Positions 39,651-50,132 of a DNA stretch of 64,000 nucleotides are shown here, piece by piece. The position numbers and the translations under genes are program-made. The stretch covers positions 124,001-188,000 of the IMG/VR virus record IMGVR_UViG_3300042289_000986. One strand, written 5' to 3'. Position 1 is the first letter of the stretch, and each line of letters begins with the position of its first letter. Under the pieces are notes generated by a model. The model was not told where the DNA came from, searched no databases, and saw nothing but the letters and a program-made list of their open reading frames with translations.

Positions 39651-40007
39651 ATGACTATTCACGGTTCAAAACTTGAAACTGCTTGTAAATTTTTACTTCA
39701 AAAAGATTTAAATTTAGAATTTAAAAATAAAACTTATAAACAAGGAAAATTAATTTTATTTTATCAACGTAATTTTTACATTACTTTTGTAATGAATACT
39801 CTAAAAAAAGATAATGAAAAAATAGAAATACCAATTCCATACGAAATAGAGCTTTACGAAGAAGATAATTTGGTGTACTTTGATTATAGACTAAAAACGT
39901 TGGCAAAACATGCACCAGAAATTGAAACAAATATTATTCTTTACCCAAAAAAAGTTAAAAACAGTAAATTTTGGGATAGTATATTATTAATCAATACAAA
40001 TGAATAA
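39651..40007 (+). CDS. Hypothetical protein
   Basis: 118-aa ORF. Confidence 0.7.
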   Translation: MTIHGSKLETACKFLLQKDLNLEFKNKTYKQGKLILFYQRNFYITFVMNTLKKDNEKIEIPIPYEIELYEEDNLVYFDYRLKTLAKHAPEIETNIILYPKKVKNSKFWDSILLINTNE

Positions 40008-40254
40008 CAATAGACAAATATATAGTGTATTTTCTGGTACATTTTACGAAATTCCAGAAAAAGATATCAAATTAATTGATATTGGTCAATTACCATTGAT
40101 TAAAAAACCAAGTTCTAGCTGTAATAAATGCTATGGTAGAGGTCATTTAGGGCGCGATGCTAAAAATCTAACATATCAAATATGCAAATGTATTAGAAAA
40201 AACATCGATTTTGAAGTAATAGAGAACTTAAAGAAACAAAATATTCCTTTATAA
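40000..40254 (+). CDS. Small zinc-finger protein
   Basis: CNKCYGRG...CKC. Confidence 0.65.
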   Translation: MNNNRQIYSVFSGTFYEIPEKDIKLIDIGQLPLIKKPSSSCNKCYGRGHLGRDAKNLTYQICKCIRKNIDFEVIENLKKQNIPL

Positions 40255-40270
40255 TACTTGTAACCGCGCA

Positions 40271-40276
40271 TAAGTA
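40271..40276 (+). promoter_or_regulatory. Late promoter variant TAAGTA
   Basis: caTAAGTA, 6 nt before the gp15 ATG. Confidence 0.55.
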
Positions 40277-40282
40277 ATTTCA

Positions 40283-41161
40283 ATGAAAAATTACACCTTT
40301 GCGTGGGAAATTCAAACTTTATTAGAGCAGTTTGTTTCGGCTTTTAATGATGTAATCATTAAAAGATATGATAAAAACAAAAATGCTATCGCTCCAACGA
40401 GCGGTTTTAAAGTTAGATATATTTATGCACCAAAACAAAGGGTAATAAATAGTCTAACAACACCCGCACCGGGTGGAATTACTGCACCTGTCATTGCTGT
40501 TAATATAACAAGTATTTCAAGAGACAATAGTCGCGTGTTTAACAAACATGAAGGGTTTGATGTTGCTTATGTACCCAACGATGGAAGCGGAACATACGTA
40601 AAAAATATACACCAGCCAGTTCCAATTAATATTAGCGTCAATATGACAATATTGACAAAATATCAATCGGATATGGATCAAATTTTAACTAATTTTATTC
40701 CATATTGTGATCCTTATGTTATTATTTCTTGGAAATTACCAGCAGTATCTAAATCGTCTATTCCATATGAAATAAGATCAGAAATTTTATGGAGCGGAAA
40801 TGTTAATTTAAACTATCCAACTGATATATCTCCAACTCAAGCCTTTCGTCTAACAGCAGATACAAGTTTTACAATTAAAGGTTGGCTGTTTAAAAAGATG
40901 GATGAAACTATCAATAAAATTTACACAATACAATCTGATTATTACGATGGAAGGTTATTGGTACAAGATCCTGCAAAATCTCTCATACAAAGTTTTGAAG
41001 ATGTTTTCGGTCCTTGGGAAAATTACCCAGGTACAGAACTTCCACCAGAAGAAATATCTGAACTTCCTCCATTAATTGATGATAATATCTCAAATGCATT
41101 AATAGCATTCGACGGAGCAATATTAGTTGATATTGAAGGGAACATTTTGATAAATATATAA
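40283..41161 (+). CDS. 15: Tail sheath stabiliser/terminator, gp15-like, with C-terminal extension
   Basis: FVSAFNDVIIKR, YAPKQR, SRDNSR, PVPINI, DQILTNFIPY, FTIKGWLF. Confidence 0.85.
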   Translation: MKNYTFAWEIQTLLEQFVSAFNDVIIKRYDKNKNAIAPTSGFKVRYIYAPKQRVINSLTTPAPGGITAPVIAVNITSISRDNSRVFNKHEGFDVAYVPNDGSGTYVKNIHQPVPINISVNMTILTKYQSDMDQILTNFIPYCDPYVIISWKLPAVSKSSIPYEIRSEILWSGNVNLNYPTDISPTQAFRLTADTSFTIKGWLFKKMDETINKIYTIQSDYYDGRLLVQDPAKSLIQSFEDVFGPWENYPGTELPPEEISELPPLIDDNISNALIAFDGAILVDIEGNILINI

Positions 41162-41167
41162 TAATAT

Positions 41168-43057
41168 ATGGCACAAAGGAATTTTACACAATTTAGTCCA
41201 AGAACTTTTCCTTTAACTGGTGATTATGTCGTTGGTTATAAAAATGATGGTTCAGAAGAAATGCGAACAACCCTTCAGAACATTATTGATTTAGTTTATA
41301 ACTCAGAACCAAGAAACTCAAGTGGATTTAGTATTGTTAAAGCCAATTCTTCATTTTGGGCTTATAATGGAACAGATTTAAAACAACTTTCTGGTAATTG
41401 GCAAAGTACATTCAACACAGTATGCTCTTTATCTACTCTTTGGGATGCACAAGCAGAATTTATTGACTTAACTAATTTTGTAAGCTCTAATTCTGCTAAT
41501 TGGGAATATCAAGGAACAGATATTAAAGCCTTAACGGCAAATTGGCAATCAACTTATATCTCAGTTCAAAATAATGGAGGAACCACTTGGGCTTATAATG
41601 GAACAGATGTTAAACAATTAACAGGTAATTGGCAAACAACATATTCAATTGTTAGCAGTAATTCTGCTTTATGGAACTTGGGTGGTTTCGGTTCTGGAGC
41701 AACAGGCGCAACTGGCGCAACAGGTGTCGGAGTAACTGGTGCTACTGGAACACAGGGTCCAATTGGTTCTATCGGACCAACGGGCGCAGCAGGACCATCT
41801 ACTTCATATTATGAATTTAAAGCAGATGTTAATGCAACAAATACACCACCAAATGCTGGTACTATTAGATGGAATAATTTAACACAGTTAAGTGCAACAC
41901 AAATTCATACAAGTCATTTAACTGATACCTTTCTTGATGTTGATATATTTTTAGCCTTACTTAAAGAAAATGATACATTAATTATTCAAGATAGAAATAA
42001 TTCTGCAAATTATCAAAGATGGAGAGTTAATGCAGCACCAATTGTAGCTGATAATAGTTTTATTACATTTCCAGTTACTTTAATAAATTCAACAACAACA
42101 TTTACTAGTAATCAATCTTTAATTTTAGCAGTAGTATCAGCAGGTATAGCTGGACCTACTGGTCCAACTGGACCAACTGGAGCAGGACAAACTGGAGCCA
42201 CAGGACCAACAGGAGCTACTGGTTCAAATTTTAATTATACATCAATTACATTAAATAGAACACTTTCATCGAATGCTGGTTATATTTTTGATACAACAAG
42301 TAGTCCATTAACTGCAACATTACCTTTAAGTCCCGCAATTGGTGATTTTATTAATATAACAGCAACGATTCAACCAGGAAATCTATTAACTATCGATAGA
42401 AATGGTAGTAATATAAATTCTTCTGCTAGTGCTTTAGGTGTTGATATATCAAGTAATTTTTCTTTGGTTTACACAACATCATCTATTGGATGGAGGTTTA
42501 TTCCATATTCAGGATTAACAAACCCAACTATTAAAATTTATAAAGCTGTTTGGAATACTCTTCTTACAAATTTAACTGGTACTAGTAGAATACCATTTAC
42601 AACAACAGTTGTTAATACAGATCCAGAAATATTTGGTGGAATTACGAATCCTGGCATTTTAGGAGCACAATACATTACCATCAAAAAAACTGGTTATTAT
42701 ATGATTAATTCTAACCTTCACTTGTATGATTTACAAAACGGTTTGCAATTAATGGTTTCACTTTGGAAAAATGAACCTTCTACTGGATACGCAACACCAG
42801 TAAAAGTCCAATCAATCGTAGATTTTCAAAGTGGAACAGTTTCACAAGACCAAATTTTATTTGGTAATGCGTTGTTAAACGTAACTCAAGATGATACTAG
42901 AATTTGGTTACAAGTTGAACACAATGGAACAAGTTTAGTTCCACCGATACCTAATGGTGGACCATTCCCATCTCTTAGAGACGTTTTAGTTGATCCTGCT
43001 CCACCAAACCAAACAACTTCAACACCACCAGATATTATCATAACAAAATTAGCATAA
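41168..43057 (+). CDS. Modular fibre protein: Trp/Asn repeat stalk, short collagen segments, gp9/gp10-like domain, C1q/BclA-CTD-like head
   Basis: W.Y.GTD.K.L..NWQ repeats; GATGATG; DTTSSPLTATLP..P..GD...LTIDRNG; TIKKTGYYMI...IIITKLA. Confidence 0.75.
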   Translation: MAQRNFTQFSPRTFPLTGDYVVGYKNDGSEEMRTTLQNIIDLVYNSEPRNSSGFSIVKANSSFWAYNGTDLKQLSGNWQSTFNTVCSLSTLWDAQAEFIDLTNFVSSNSANWEYQGTDIKALTANWQSTYISVQNNGGTTWAYNGTDVKQLTGNWQTTYSIVSSNSALWNLGGFGSGATGATGATGVGVTGATGTQGPIGSIGPTGAAGPSTSYYEFKADVNATNTPPNAGTIRWNNLTQLSATQIHTSHLTDTFLDVDIFLALLKENDTLIIQDRNNSANYQRWRVNAAPIVADNSFITFPVTLINSTTTFTSNQSLILAVVSAGIAGPTGPTGPTGAGQTGATGPTGATGSNFNYTSITLNRTLSSNAGYIFDTTSSPLTATLPLSPAIGDFINITATIQPGNLLTIDRNGSNINSSASALGVDISSNFSLVYTTSSIGWRFIPYSGLTNPTIKIYKAVWNTLLTNLTGTSRIPFTTTVVNTDPEIFGGITNPGILGAQYITIKKTGYYMINSNLHLYDLQNGLQLMVSLWKNEPSTGYATPVKVQSIVDFQSGTVSQDQILFGNALLNVTQDDTRIWLQVEHNGTSLVPPIPNGGPFPSLRDVLVDPAPPNQTTSTPPDIIITKLA

Positions 43058-43066
43058 ATAAAAAAT

Positions 43067-44170
43067 ATGATTACACTTTCAAATTTATATCCAATACAAA
43101 ACATAGGTTTTACTGGACCTACTGGTGGAATCGGACCAACAGGTGCTCAAGGAAACACTGGTAACATTGGGCCAACTGGATCGCAAGGAAACACTGGTTT
43201 AATTGGTCCAACAGGTGCTCAAGGAAATACTGGTTTAATTGGTCCAACAGGTGCTCAAGGAAATACTGGTTTAATTGGACCAACAGGAACACAAGGAAAT
43301 ACTGGTATAGTAGGACCAACAGGAACACAAGGAAATACTGGCTTAACAGGACCAACTGGTGCAGGAAATACAGGATCAACAGGACCAACTGGTATTCAAG
43401 GAAACACAGGTGAAACTGGTCCAACGGGTGCTCAAGGAAATACTGGTCCAACTGGTATTCAAGGAAACACAGGTATAATGGGTCCAACTGGATCGCAAGG
43501 AAACACAGGAGCAACTGGAGCAGGAACAACAGGACCAACTGGTGCAACTGGCACAACATTTGATTATGTATCAATAGAAACAAATAATACGCTTTTAAGT
43601 TCTAACGAAGGTTTTATTTTTAATACATACACATCACCAATCACCGCAACACTTCCATTAAATCCATTAACTGGTGCATTTATTAATATTACATTTGAAA
43701 AATACAGTTCAAATAATTTAACAATTGAAAGAAATGGAAGTAATATCGATGGTGTTGCTGAAGATTTAATTTGTGATGTATCAGGAAACTTTTCTTTAAT
43801 TTATACAAATATTGTAGTTGGTTGGAAATTTATTCCATATTCAGGATTAACATTTGCACCAGCAACTCTAACATTAGATACAGTTACTACAAGTAGATCT
43901 TTTGAATTAACAGATAGTAGTGAATTTATCACTGCTAATTCTAATAATGCAATTACATTAACTATTCCAGATGATAATTCTGTTAATTTTACCAACGGAA
44001 CACAAATTAGTATACTTCGTTTAAATACAGGAACAGTTGCATTATCTGCTGCAAACGGAGTAACATTAAGAAGTGCAGAAAATAAACGCAGCATAAGAGC
44101 ACAAAATTCTGTTGCTACTGTTGTTAAATTATCTGCCAATGATTGGAGTCTTTTTGGAGATATATCATAA
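43067..44170 (+). CDS. Collagen-like fibre protein with gp9/gp10-like domain
   Basis: ~150 aa of G-X-Y (GPT/GNT/GAQ); [10 protein letters not shown]...LTIERNG; C-terminal TLTIP...F.NGTQI...[12 protein letters not shown] domain. Confidence 0.8.
   Translation: MITLSNLYPIQNIGFTGPTGGIGPTGAQGNTGNIGPTGSQGNTGLIGPTGAQGNTGLIGPTGAQGNTGLIGPTGTQGNTGIVGPTGTQGNTGLTGPTGAGNTGSTGPTGIQGNTGETGPTGAQGNTGPTGIQGNTGIMGPTGSQGNTGATGAGTTGPTGATGTTFDYVSIETNNTLLSSNEGFIFNTYTSPITATLPLNPLTGAFINITFEKYSSNNLTIERNGSNIDGVAEDLICDVSGNFSLIYTNIVVGWKFIPYSGLTFAPATLTLDTVTTSRSFELTDSSEFITANSNNAITLTIPDDNSVNFTNGTQISILRLNTGTVALSAANGVTLRSAENKRSIRAQNSVATVVKLSANDWSLFGDIS
43106..43560 (+). repeat. Collagen triplet repeat with 36-bp higher-order unit
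   Basis: ggaaatactggtttaattggtccaacaggtgctcaa-like units ([12 protein letters not shown]). Confidence 0.85.
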
Positions 44171-44874
44171 TGAGAGTATTTTCGGGATCTTTAGCAGGAT
44201 CAAACTCTTTAATAGGTGAAGATCGCGCCATTAATTACGGAGGTTCTTTCGCTGGTGCATCTAATTTTGGCTATGGTTTTGATGCTTGGGATTTTACATC
44301 AACAGGTAATGCGGGTGCGTTTATTGGACCTTCGTTTGGTGGTTTAATAGATACAAACGGTTCTTCTTTTGGATTATATGGTAATGGAGCAGGAAGTAAT
44401 TTTATTGATGTAAGAAGAAACCTTCCTGCAAATTTATCGGTAGGATATGCATTATCCGCAGCAATATCTGTCAATTTTAGAAATGGAAATAAAGGATTTA
44501 GTGTTTACCATAATAACACTTGGGATCCCAACCAAGAAGTCTTTAACTTTAATGTAGGATCCAATGATTATATTATTAATGGAGTAGGAACTGGACAGGC
44601 ATATTCTTCAACAATGGTTGCAAAGATTGTTTTGAAAAAAACTAATTTAAATTCTTATAGTTATTCTGTTACATTGGGAACAACGACATATACTGCAAAT
44701 GATATAACACGTAACGGTTATAGTAATATTAGAGGTTTTAAATTTTATATTTCAAATACTGAAGGAGCACCAAATAACGATTTATATTTTAACAGTATAA
44801 AAGTTTATAAAATAGACGAACCTATCAGTACAATACCAACATCAACATTTACAACTTTTGTGTCTTATGAATAA
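44170..44874 (+). CDS. Beta-rich putative adhesin/lectin-like protein
   Basis: TAATG coupling to the upstream gene; Gly/Asn/aromatic-rich, beta-sandwich-like sequence. Confidence 0.6.
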   Translation: MRVFSGSLAGSNSLIGEDRAINYGGSFAGASNFGYGFDAWDFTSTGNAGAFIGPSFGGLIDTNGSSFGLYGNGAGSNFIDVRRNLPANLSVGYALSAAISVNFRNGNKGFSVYHNNTWDPNQEVFNFNVGSNDYIINGVGTGQAYSSTMVAKIVLKKTNLNSYSYSVTLGTTTYTANDITRNGYSNIRGFKFYISNTEGAPNNDLYFNSIKVYKIDEPISTIPTSTFTTFVSYE

Positions 44875-46090
44875 CATTAAAGATATAGAAAAATTAACAC
44901 AAAAGCTTTTAGCAGAAACTCCAGAATATGTTCATTCGGTTGGTTATGGTTTTAAAGAAGTTGATGGAAAATTAACAGACGAATTTTCTATAGTTTTTGG
45001 TGTTACAGAAAAAAAACCATTATCATCTATTCCACAAAATGAAATTTTACCATCAACAATAACAACAGAAGATGGTAGTATTTTTACTACTGATGTTATT
45101 CAAATACCACAAGCTGTTGCATACCCATCTTGCTATGAAATTAGTAATTCAGTTGAACCCGTTTCATTACATAGATCATCTCGAACAACATATATCGGTG
45201 GAACAAGAATATCAATAGATAATCCATTAAATTTAGGAAACAGTGCATTTACAGGAACTATGGGACTTATCTGTAAAGATCTCACCGACAATACTCTTGT
45301 TGCATTAACAAATGCACACGTTGCTGCTTATACAGAAAGAGACGCATCTTTATTGTCTTCAAGTTTTAGCAATAGACAAACAACAGTATACCAAGCTTTC
45401 CCTTGGTCAAATCAATCTACAATGAAATTAAAAAGGTATGTTCCGCTTTTAGCAAGTGGAAACACAATTGATGCAGCAGTTGTAGCCATAACAAATTCAA
45501 GTAGAGTAAACACACTTACATCTTTTAAACAATTAAATTTAAATTATGGAAATCTTGAATTTGCCACTACCTCTGAAATTGATAATTTGGTCATAAATAA
45601 AAATCCAATTTTTAAATCAGGTGCAACAACTGGTCCTGTTGGATGGCCAGGTTCTATACCTTGGGGTTCTGAATCGTGTTCTCTTACTGCTACCCAAGTC
45701 GGAGTTTCTGTAGGTGTTAATTTTAGTGGAAATATTTTAAATTTTACATCATGTTTAACTTATAGAGGAACATTTACTGTTGCTAGTAGTGGTGGAGATT
45801 CGGGTAGTGCTGTTTGTGCATTAATAAACCCCGAAAGTCAATCTTTAAGCGCATGGAAAGTGGTTGGTTTAACTTTTGCTGGTTCAGATTTAGGAGATAA
45901 TAGTCCATCGTATGCATGTCGCATCGATAATATTTGTTCTACTTTACAATTAACAGCATGGGATGGTCAAACCACCGCTTTAACAAATTTGGGAAATGAA
46001 AGAGTTAAATATGTAGAAGGAAAATCATCAGAACCGTTTGTTATAGAAAATGGAAAAAGATATTGGCAGACAGGATTAACCGTTATTTAA
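44867..46090 (+). CDS. Trypsin-like (S1, Nal1-type) serine protease
   Basis: GTMG, LTNAHV (His), IDAAVV (Asp), GGDSGSAV (Ser), VVGLTFAG; N-terminal pro-like domain. Confidence 0.88.
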   Translation: MNNIKDIEKLTQKLLAETPEYVHSVGYGFKEVDGKLTDEFSIVFGVTEKKPLSSIPQNEILPSTITTEDGSIFTTDVIQIPQAVAYPSCYEISNSVEPVSLHRSSRTTYIGGTRISIDNPLNLGNSAFTGTMGLICKDLTDNTLVALTNAHVAAYTERDASLLSSSFSNRQTTVYQAFPWSNQSTMKLKRYVPLLASGNTIDAAVVAITNSSRVNTLTSFKQLNLNYGNLEFATTSEIDNLVINKNPIFKSGATTGPVGWPGSIPWGSESCSLTATQVGVSVGVNFSGNILNFTSCLTYRGTFTVASSGGDSGSAVCALINPESQSLSAWKVVGLTFAGSDLGDNSPSYACRIDNICSTLQLTAWDGQTTALTNLGNERVKYVEGKSSEPFVIENGKRYWQTGLTVI

Positions 46091-46092
46091 TT

Positions 46093-46431
46093 ATGAAAAA
46101 CGTAGAAATATATGATCAATATGCAAATGTTTATTTGAATAATCAAACTAATGAATTAGTTGTATTAAATTTAAATTATAATGAAGAATTAGATACAAGT
46201 TTATATACTTTGGTTCATTCTAGTTCTGGTTTTGTTATATCAAAAGGTGAAAATTTAAACACGGAAAGTGCATTAAGTTTAGTCGAAGAACTTTATGTAG
46301 AATCCCAAAATTTAGGAGAAAATTATCAAGAAAAAAATATAAATTTAGAAAATGGCTACGTGGAAATGATTATATCTTTCAATGACGGTAAAAAACTTAA
46401 TAGAGTTATCTATATTAAGGATAATTTATAA
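46093..46431 (+). CDS. Hypothetical protein
   Basis: 112-aa acidic ORF, ATG at 46093. Confidence 0.65.
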   Translation: MKNVEIYDQYANVYLNNQTNELVVLNLNYNEELDTSLYTLVHSSSGFVISKGENLNTESALSLVEELYVESQNLGENYQEKNINLENGYVEMIISFNDGKKLNRVIYIKDNL

Positions 46432-46455
46432 TGTAAAGTGATAAATATTTAGAAT

Positions 46456-47907
46456 ATGGCTTTATTATCTGAAAAATATCCAATTACTCAGTCTACAGGA
46501 CCAACAGGTTCAACAGGAGCAACTGGTGCTGGCCAAACTGGTGCTACTGGAAACACTGGTATAGTAGGACCAACTGGAGCACAAGGAAATACTGGTGATA
46601 TTGGACCAACAGGCTCTCAAGGAAACACAGGTATAGTAGGCCCAACTGGAGCACAAGGAAATACTGGTGATATTGGACCAACAGGCTCTCAAGGAAACAC
46701 AGGTATAGTAGGCCCAACTGGAGCACAAGGAAATACTGGCCAAACAGGTTCGCAAGGAAACACTGGCGCAACTGGTAATGATGGATCAACTGGTCCTACA
46801 GGTTCAGGAAACACAGGAGCAACAGGTCAAACTGGAGCACAAGGAAATACAGGTGATATCGGTCCAACTGGAGCACAAGGAAATACAGGCCAAACTGGTG
46901 CTCAAGGAAATACAGGCATAGTGGGTCCAACTGGAACACAAGGAAATACAGGTGCAACAGGATCCACTGGTTTAGCAGGAGACAAATATACTACAACATC
47001 AACTACTAATACAAACATAGCCACAGGGTCAAAAACATTCACTGTTGATAGTGGTCTTGCTTATAGTATAGGACAATCTGTAATAGTTTCTTTTGATTCT
47101 TCTAATAAAATGGAAGGATCTGTTACAAGTTATTCTGGTACAACATTGATTGTAGATGTAACAACAATTACAGGTTCTGGAACATATAATAGTTGGAGCG
47201 TAAGCTTGTCTGGAGCACCTGGACCCGCTGGTTTAACAGGCGCAACGGGAGCCACTGGTACTAATGGTACGAATGGAACAACTGGAGCAACAGGTGCTAC
47301 TGGTACGGATGGAACAACAGGCGCAACGGGAGCCACTGGTACTAATGGTACGAATGGAACAACTGGAGCAACAGGTGCTACTGGTACGGATGGAACAACA
47401 GGCGCAACAGGTGCTACTGGTACGAATGGAACAAACGGATCAACTGGATCAACTGGAACAACAGGAACTACTGGTGATTCCGCTTGGAAAATATTTGATA
47501 TGAGTTTTGATTACGGTGAATATGATGTAAATAACGTTGTTACAAATGCAATTATTAGCAATGCTATAGTCACAATTCCATCTTGTGTCTTAATGGATAA
47601 TACCAGCAATACTCATGCAAGCGCAAACGTAAACATAAGACTTGTAATCTTACAAGAGTATGGAGGAATTACAAACATGACATATGATATACTTGCATAT
47701 TCTGGAGGAAGTCCAACTGTTTATACTCCAACACTAACACAATTTACAACAAATGGACCCAATAATGCTGCTACAGAGCATGTTATTGGTAACTGGTTTA
47801 CCCATAACATATCTGCACAAGGTACAACATTTCAACTAAGAGCATCTCGAAACGCTAATGGTTTTACAAGAATTAAAAAAGTTTATTTACAAGTTAGGAA
47901 AAACTGA
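46456..47907 (+). CDS. Collagen-like fibre protein with two collagen stretches
   Basis: Long G-X-T repeats; internal TTSTT...[15 protein letters not shown]...[12 protein letters not shown] domain; TAAATA at 46442-47. Confidence 0.85.
   Translation: MALLSEKYPITQSTGPTGSTGATGAGQTGATGNTGIVGPTGAQGNTGDIGPTGSQGNTGIVGPTGAQGNTGDIGPTGSQGNTGIVGPTGAQGNTGQTGSQGNTGATGNDGSTGPTGSGNTGATGQTGAQGNTGDIGPTGAQGNTGQTGAQGNTGIVGPTGTQGNTGATGSTGLAGDKYTTTSTTNTNIATGSKTFTVDSGLAYSIGQSVIVSFDSSNKMEGSVTSYSGTTLIVDVTTITGSGTYNSWSVSLSGAPGPAGLTGATGATGTNGTNGTTGATGATGTDGTTGATGATGTNGTNGTTGATGATGTDGTTGATGATGTNGTNGSTGSTGTTGTTGDSAWKIFDMSFDYGEYDVNNVVTNAIISNAIVTIPSCVLMDNTSNTHASANVNIRLVILQEYGGITNMTYDILAYSGGSPTVYTPTLTQFTTNGPNNAATEHVIGNWFTHNISAQGTTFQLRASRNANGFTRIKKVYLQVRKN
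46549..46739 (+). repeat. 72-bp tandem repeat, ~2.6 copies
   Basis: Units start at 46549, 46621 and 46693; near-identical. Confidence 0.9.
47235..47408 (+). repeat. 81-bp tandem repeat, ~2.1 copies
   Basis: Units start at 47235 and 47316; identical by eye. Confidence 0.9.
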
Positions 47908-47919
47908 TAAATTAATAAT

Positions 47920-48135
47920 ATGGCATATTTTGATACAGAATTAAATGAAGCATGGGCATGGTTTGCGGTAAACTGGGAATTGTGGATAAATTTAAATACA
48001 TCACTAACTGATGGTTTAAAATTTGTGTTTGATAATACTGGTGGACCATCTGGACCGCATAAAGAAACACATTGGCAGTGGGTTAGAAATAATAGAGAAG
48101 AATTATTAAATTTATACAATTCTTTAAAGAACTAA
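47920..48135 (+). CDS. Small Trp-rich protein
   Basis: 71 aa, 6 Trp; follows the collagen gene. Confidence 0.65.
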   Translation: MAYFDTELNEAWAWFAVNWELWINLNTSLTDGLKFVFDNTGGPSGPHKETHWQWVRNNREELLNLYNSLKN

Positions 48136-49233
48136 TTTTTCTTTAAAAAAATTTATATTTTGTTGAATTCTTGGTTTTTGGTCTTCAGGTATTTTGTGAA
48201 TTAATTCTTCACAGATCCTTAAACCTTCTTCATAATGTCCTGTCCAATAACAAGAGACAGAAAATTCATCATCTAAACCATAATCCCATATCCAACTTTC
48301 AACAAACAAACCTGTTTTATCAATCTTTAATGTTTTAGCATATCTACCAAGAATATAAGCTTGATGATCTCTTTGATGCATTCTACAAAAACGAATAGCA
48401 CCATGCAATGCTTCAATTCTTGATGTGCATTTTTCATATGCTCGAAGATAACTTTGTACAATATCATCTTCAGGATATCCCATGATTTCTTTTAATCGAG
48501 CTATTTGATATAAAGACCAATAAACTTCTTGATCCCAACCTCCCAACTCTGCTCTTTTATTGTACCAATATATTGCCTTTCCTTTTTGTTCACAATCTTT
48601 GTATGATTGAGCAAGATAAAAAGTATATCTTGGAATTAAATGCGGGTCTTTTTCTGTTTTTAATGCATCTTCTAAGACTTTAGCATCTTTTTGATACTTT
48701 TCATTATCACTATTTCTCGCAGAATCTTGTATAGGTACATTATATATTCCTTTTGCAGTATCCCTGCTTAAAATTGGCTCTGCACACTCAAGATATTCGT
48801 GTAAAATGCTTTTATAAAAATATTTTTTAGAATTTTTAAATAAATTTGTTCTTGCATATTCAATATTTGCATATTTGCATGTTATATAATATAAATCTGC
48901 TGTTAAATTGTTTTTAAAATCGTTTACATTAAAGTTTTCATCAAATTTTAATATTTCATCAGCATCAATTGTTAAAACATAATCAATATCAGCATGTTTT
49001 CGAAGGTTTTCTAATGACTTAGTTCTGTTAAATGAAAAGTTTTCCCATTTTTCTTCATTTACTTCTCCATCAACGTTGTTATTTTTTAACCAATCTTTAA
49101 TAATTTGAATTGTATTGTCTGTTGAACCAGTATCCGATATACAAACATAATCGATTAGTGGTTTTACACTATCTAAACATCGCTGAATCACTTTAGATTC
49201 ATTTTTAACTATCATACACAAACCTATCTTCAT
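48124..49233 (-). CDS. GT2 glycosyltransferase with TPR-like C-terminus (protein-glycosyltransferase type)
   Basis: LCMIVKNE, DTGSTDNT, FSFNR, IDADE, LHEY, RYTFYLAQSY.D, helical repeats. Confidence 0.9.
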   Translation of the reverse strand: MKIGLCMIVKNESKVIQRCLDSVKPLIDYVCISDTGSTDNTIQIIKDWLKNNNVDGEVNEEKWENFSFNRTKSLENLRKHADIDYVLTIDADEILKFDENFNVNDFKNNLTADLYYITCKYANIEYARTNLFKNSKKYFYKSILHEYLECAEPILSRDTAKGIYNVPIQDSARNSDNEKYQKDAKVLEDALKTEKDPHLIPRYTFYLAQSYKDCEQKGKAIYWYNKRAELGGWDQEVYWSLYQIARLKEIMGYPEDDIVQSYLRAYEKCTSRIEALHGAIRFCRMHQRDHQAYILGRYAKTLKIDKTGLFVESWIWDYGLDDEFSVSCYWTGHYEEGLRICEELIHKIPEDQKPRIQQNINFFKEKLVL

Positions 49234-50126
49234 GTTTTAATTAACTTTAATACATTTAAATATACCATTTCTACACTAATTCCAGCCATACAAGCATGTT
49301 TTGGATCTTCATAAGTTTGATCTGGTGGATTTTGACATGGACCCATCGACATTGTACTGATTTTAGGATCTTCTTTAAAGCATGGTTGACAAGGCAAATT
49401 TAATGATATGTTAATATTAAAAGGATAACCTGTTCCGTTATATTGAGTTGAACCAAAAAGTATTATTGCTTTAGTTCTTCCCTTATTTCTCCATTGAATG
49501 TTTGATGTAACCTGAAAAACAGAATCCAATCCAATGTGACCTAGTGCCCATGCTTGGGCCGCAACTTTTTCTTCAAAAGAATCACTACAAAATGAACCAT
49601 CTATGTTATTCATGATGATATCATGAGGTCCTCCTATTTGGTATATTTCAATTTCAGGATGATTTTGTTTTATTAAATCAATTAATTTTTGCCAACCCCA
49701 CCATTCTTTATATGCAGACCACCCAGTTTTGTTTTGAAATGTAATATATCTTGGAGTATTTCGATTCTTAATTTTTTTAGGTAATGGTGGAAGATCAAGT
49801 TCAAAGTCATCAAATGTAAAATTTACACCCAATTCATTTGCAAAATAATAGAGTATATGATTTTGCATTTTTTTATGAGGATATCCTTCGTGCAATGGAT
49901 ACCCAACAAGATTTACAGTTTTTGAGAAATTATTTGAATCATATTTTTCTAACGGATAAAAATGTTCTAACAAATTATTATTTTTTACAAAATTATTTAA
50001 AATTGAATGAATAGATTCATGACAAAAATAATGCACTTCGTATTTTTCTTTTAACTGTTTTACAAAATTAAAATTTAATAAAACATCGCCAATTGCACCT
50101 GGTCGATATAAGGCTACTTTTTGCAT
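49230..50126 (-). CDS. GT9-like glycosyltransferase
   Basis: RPGAIGDVL, YKEW..W..L, QIGG, IGLDS, ILFGST, LPCQPC...C..CM.GI. Confidence 0.82.
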   Translation of the reverse strand: MQKVALYRPGAIGDVLLNFNFVKQLKEKYEVHYFCHESIHSILNNFVKNNNLLEHFYPLEKYDSNNFSKTVNLVGYPLHEGYPHKKMQNHILYYFANELGVNFTFDDFELDLPPLPKKIKNRNTPRYITFQNKTGWSAYKEWWGWQKLIDLIKQNHPEIEIYQIGGPHDIIMNNIDGSFCSDSFEEKVAAQAWALGHIGLDSVFQVTSNIQWRNKGRTKAIILFGSTQYNGTGYPFNINISLNLPCQPCFKEDPKISTMSMGPCQNPPDQTYEDPKHACMAGISVEMVYLNVLKLIKT

Positions 50127-50132
50127 TTATAT

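Noticed and set aside
43119-47503. Antisense and alternative-frame ORFs over the collagen genes (e.g. 43119..43583, 46510..46755, 47264..47503)
   Set aside because: These are shadows of the G-X-T codon repeats.
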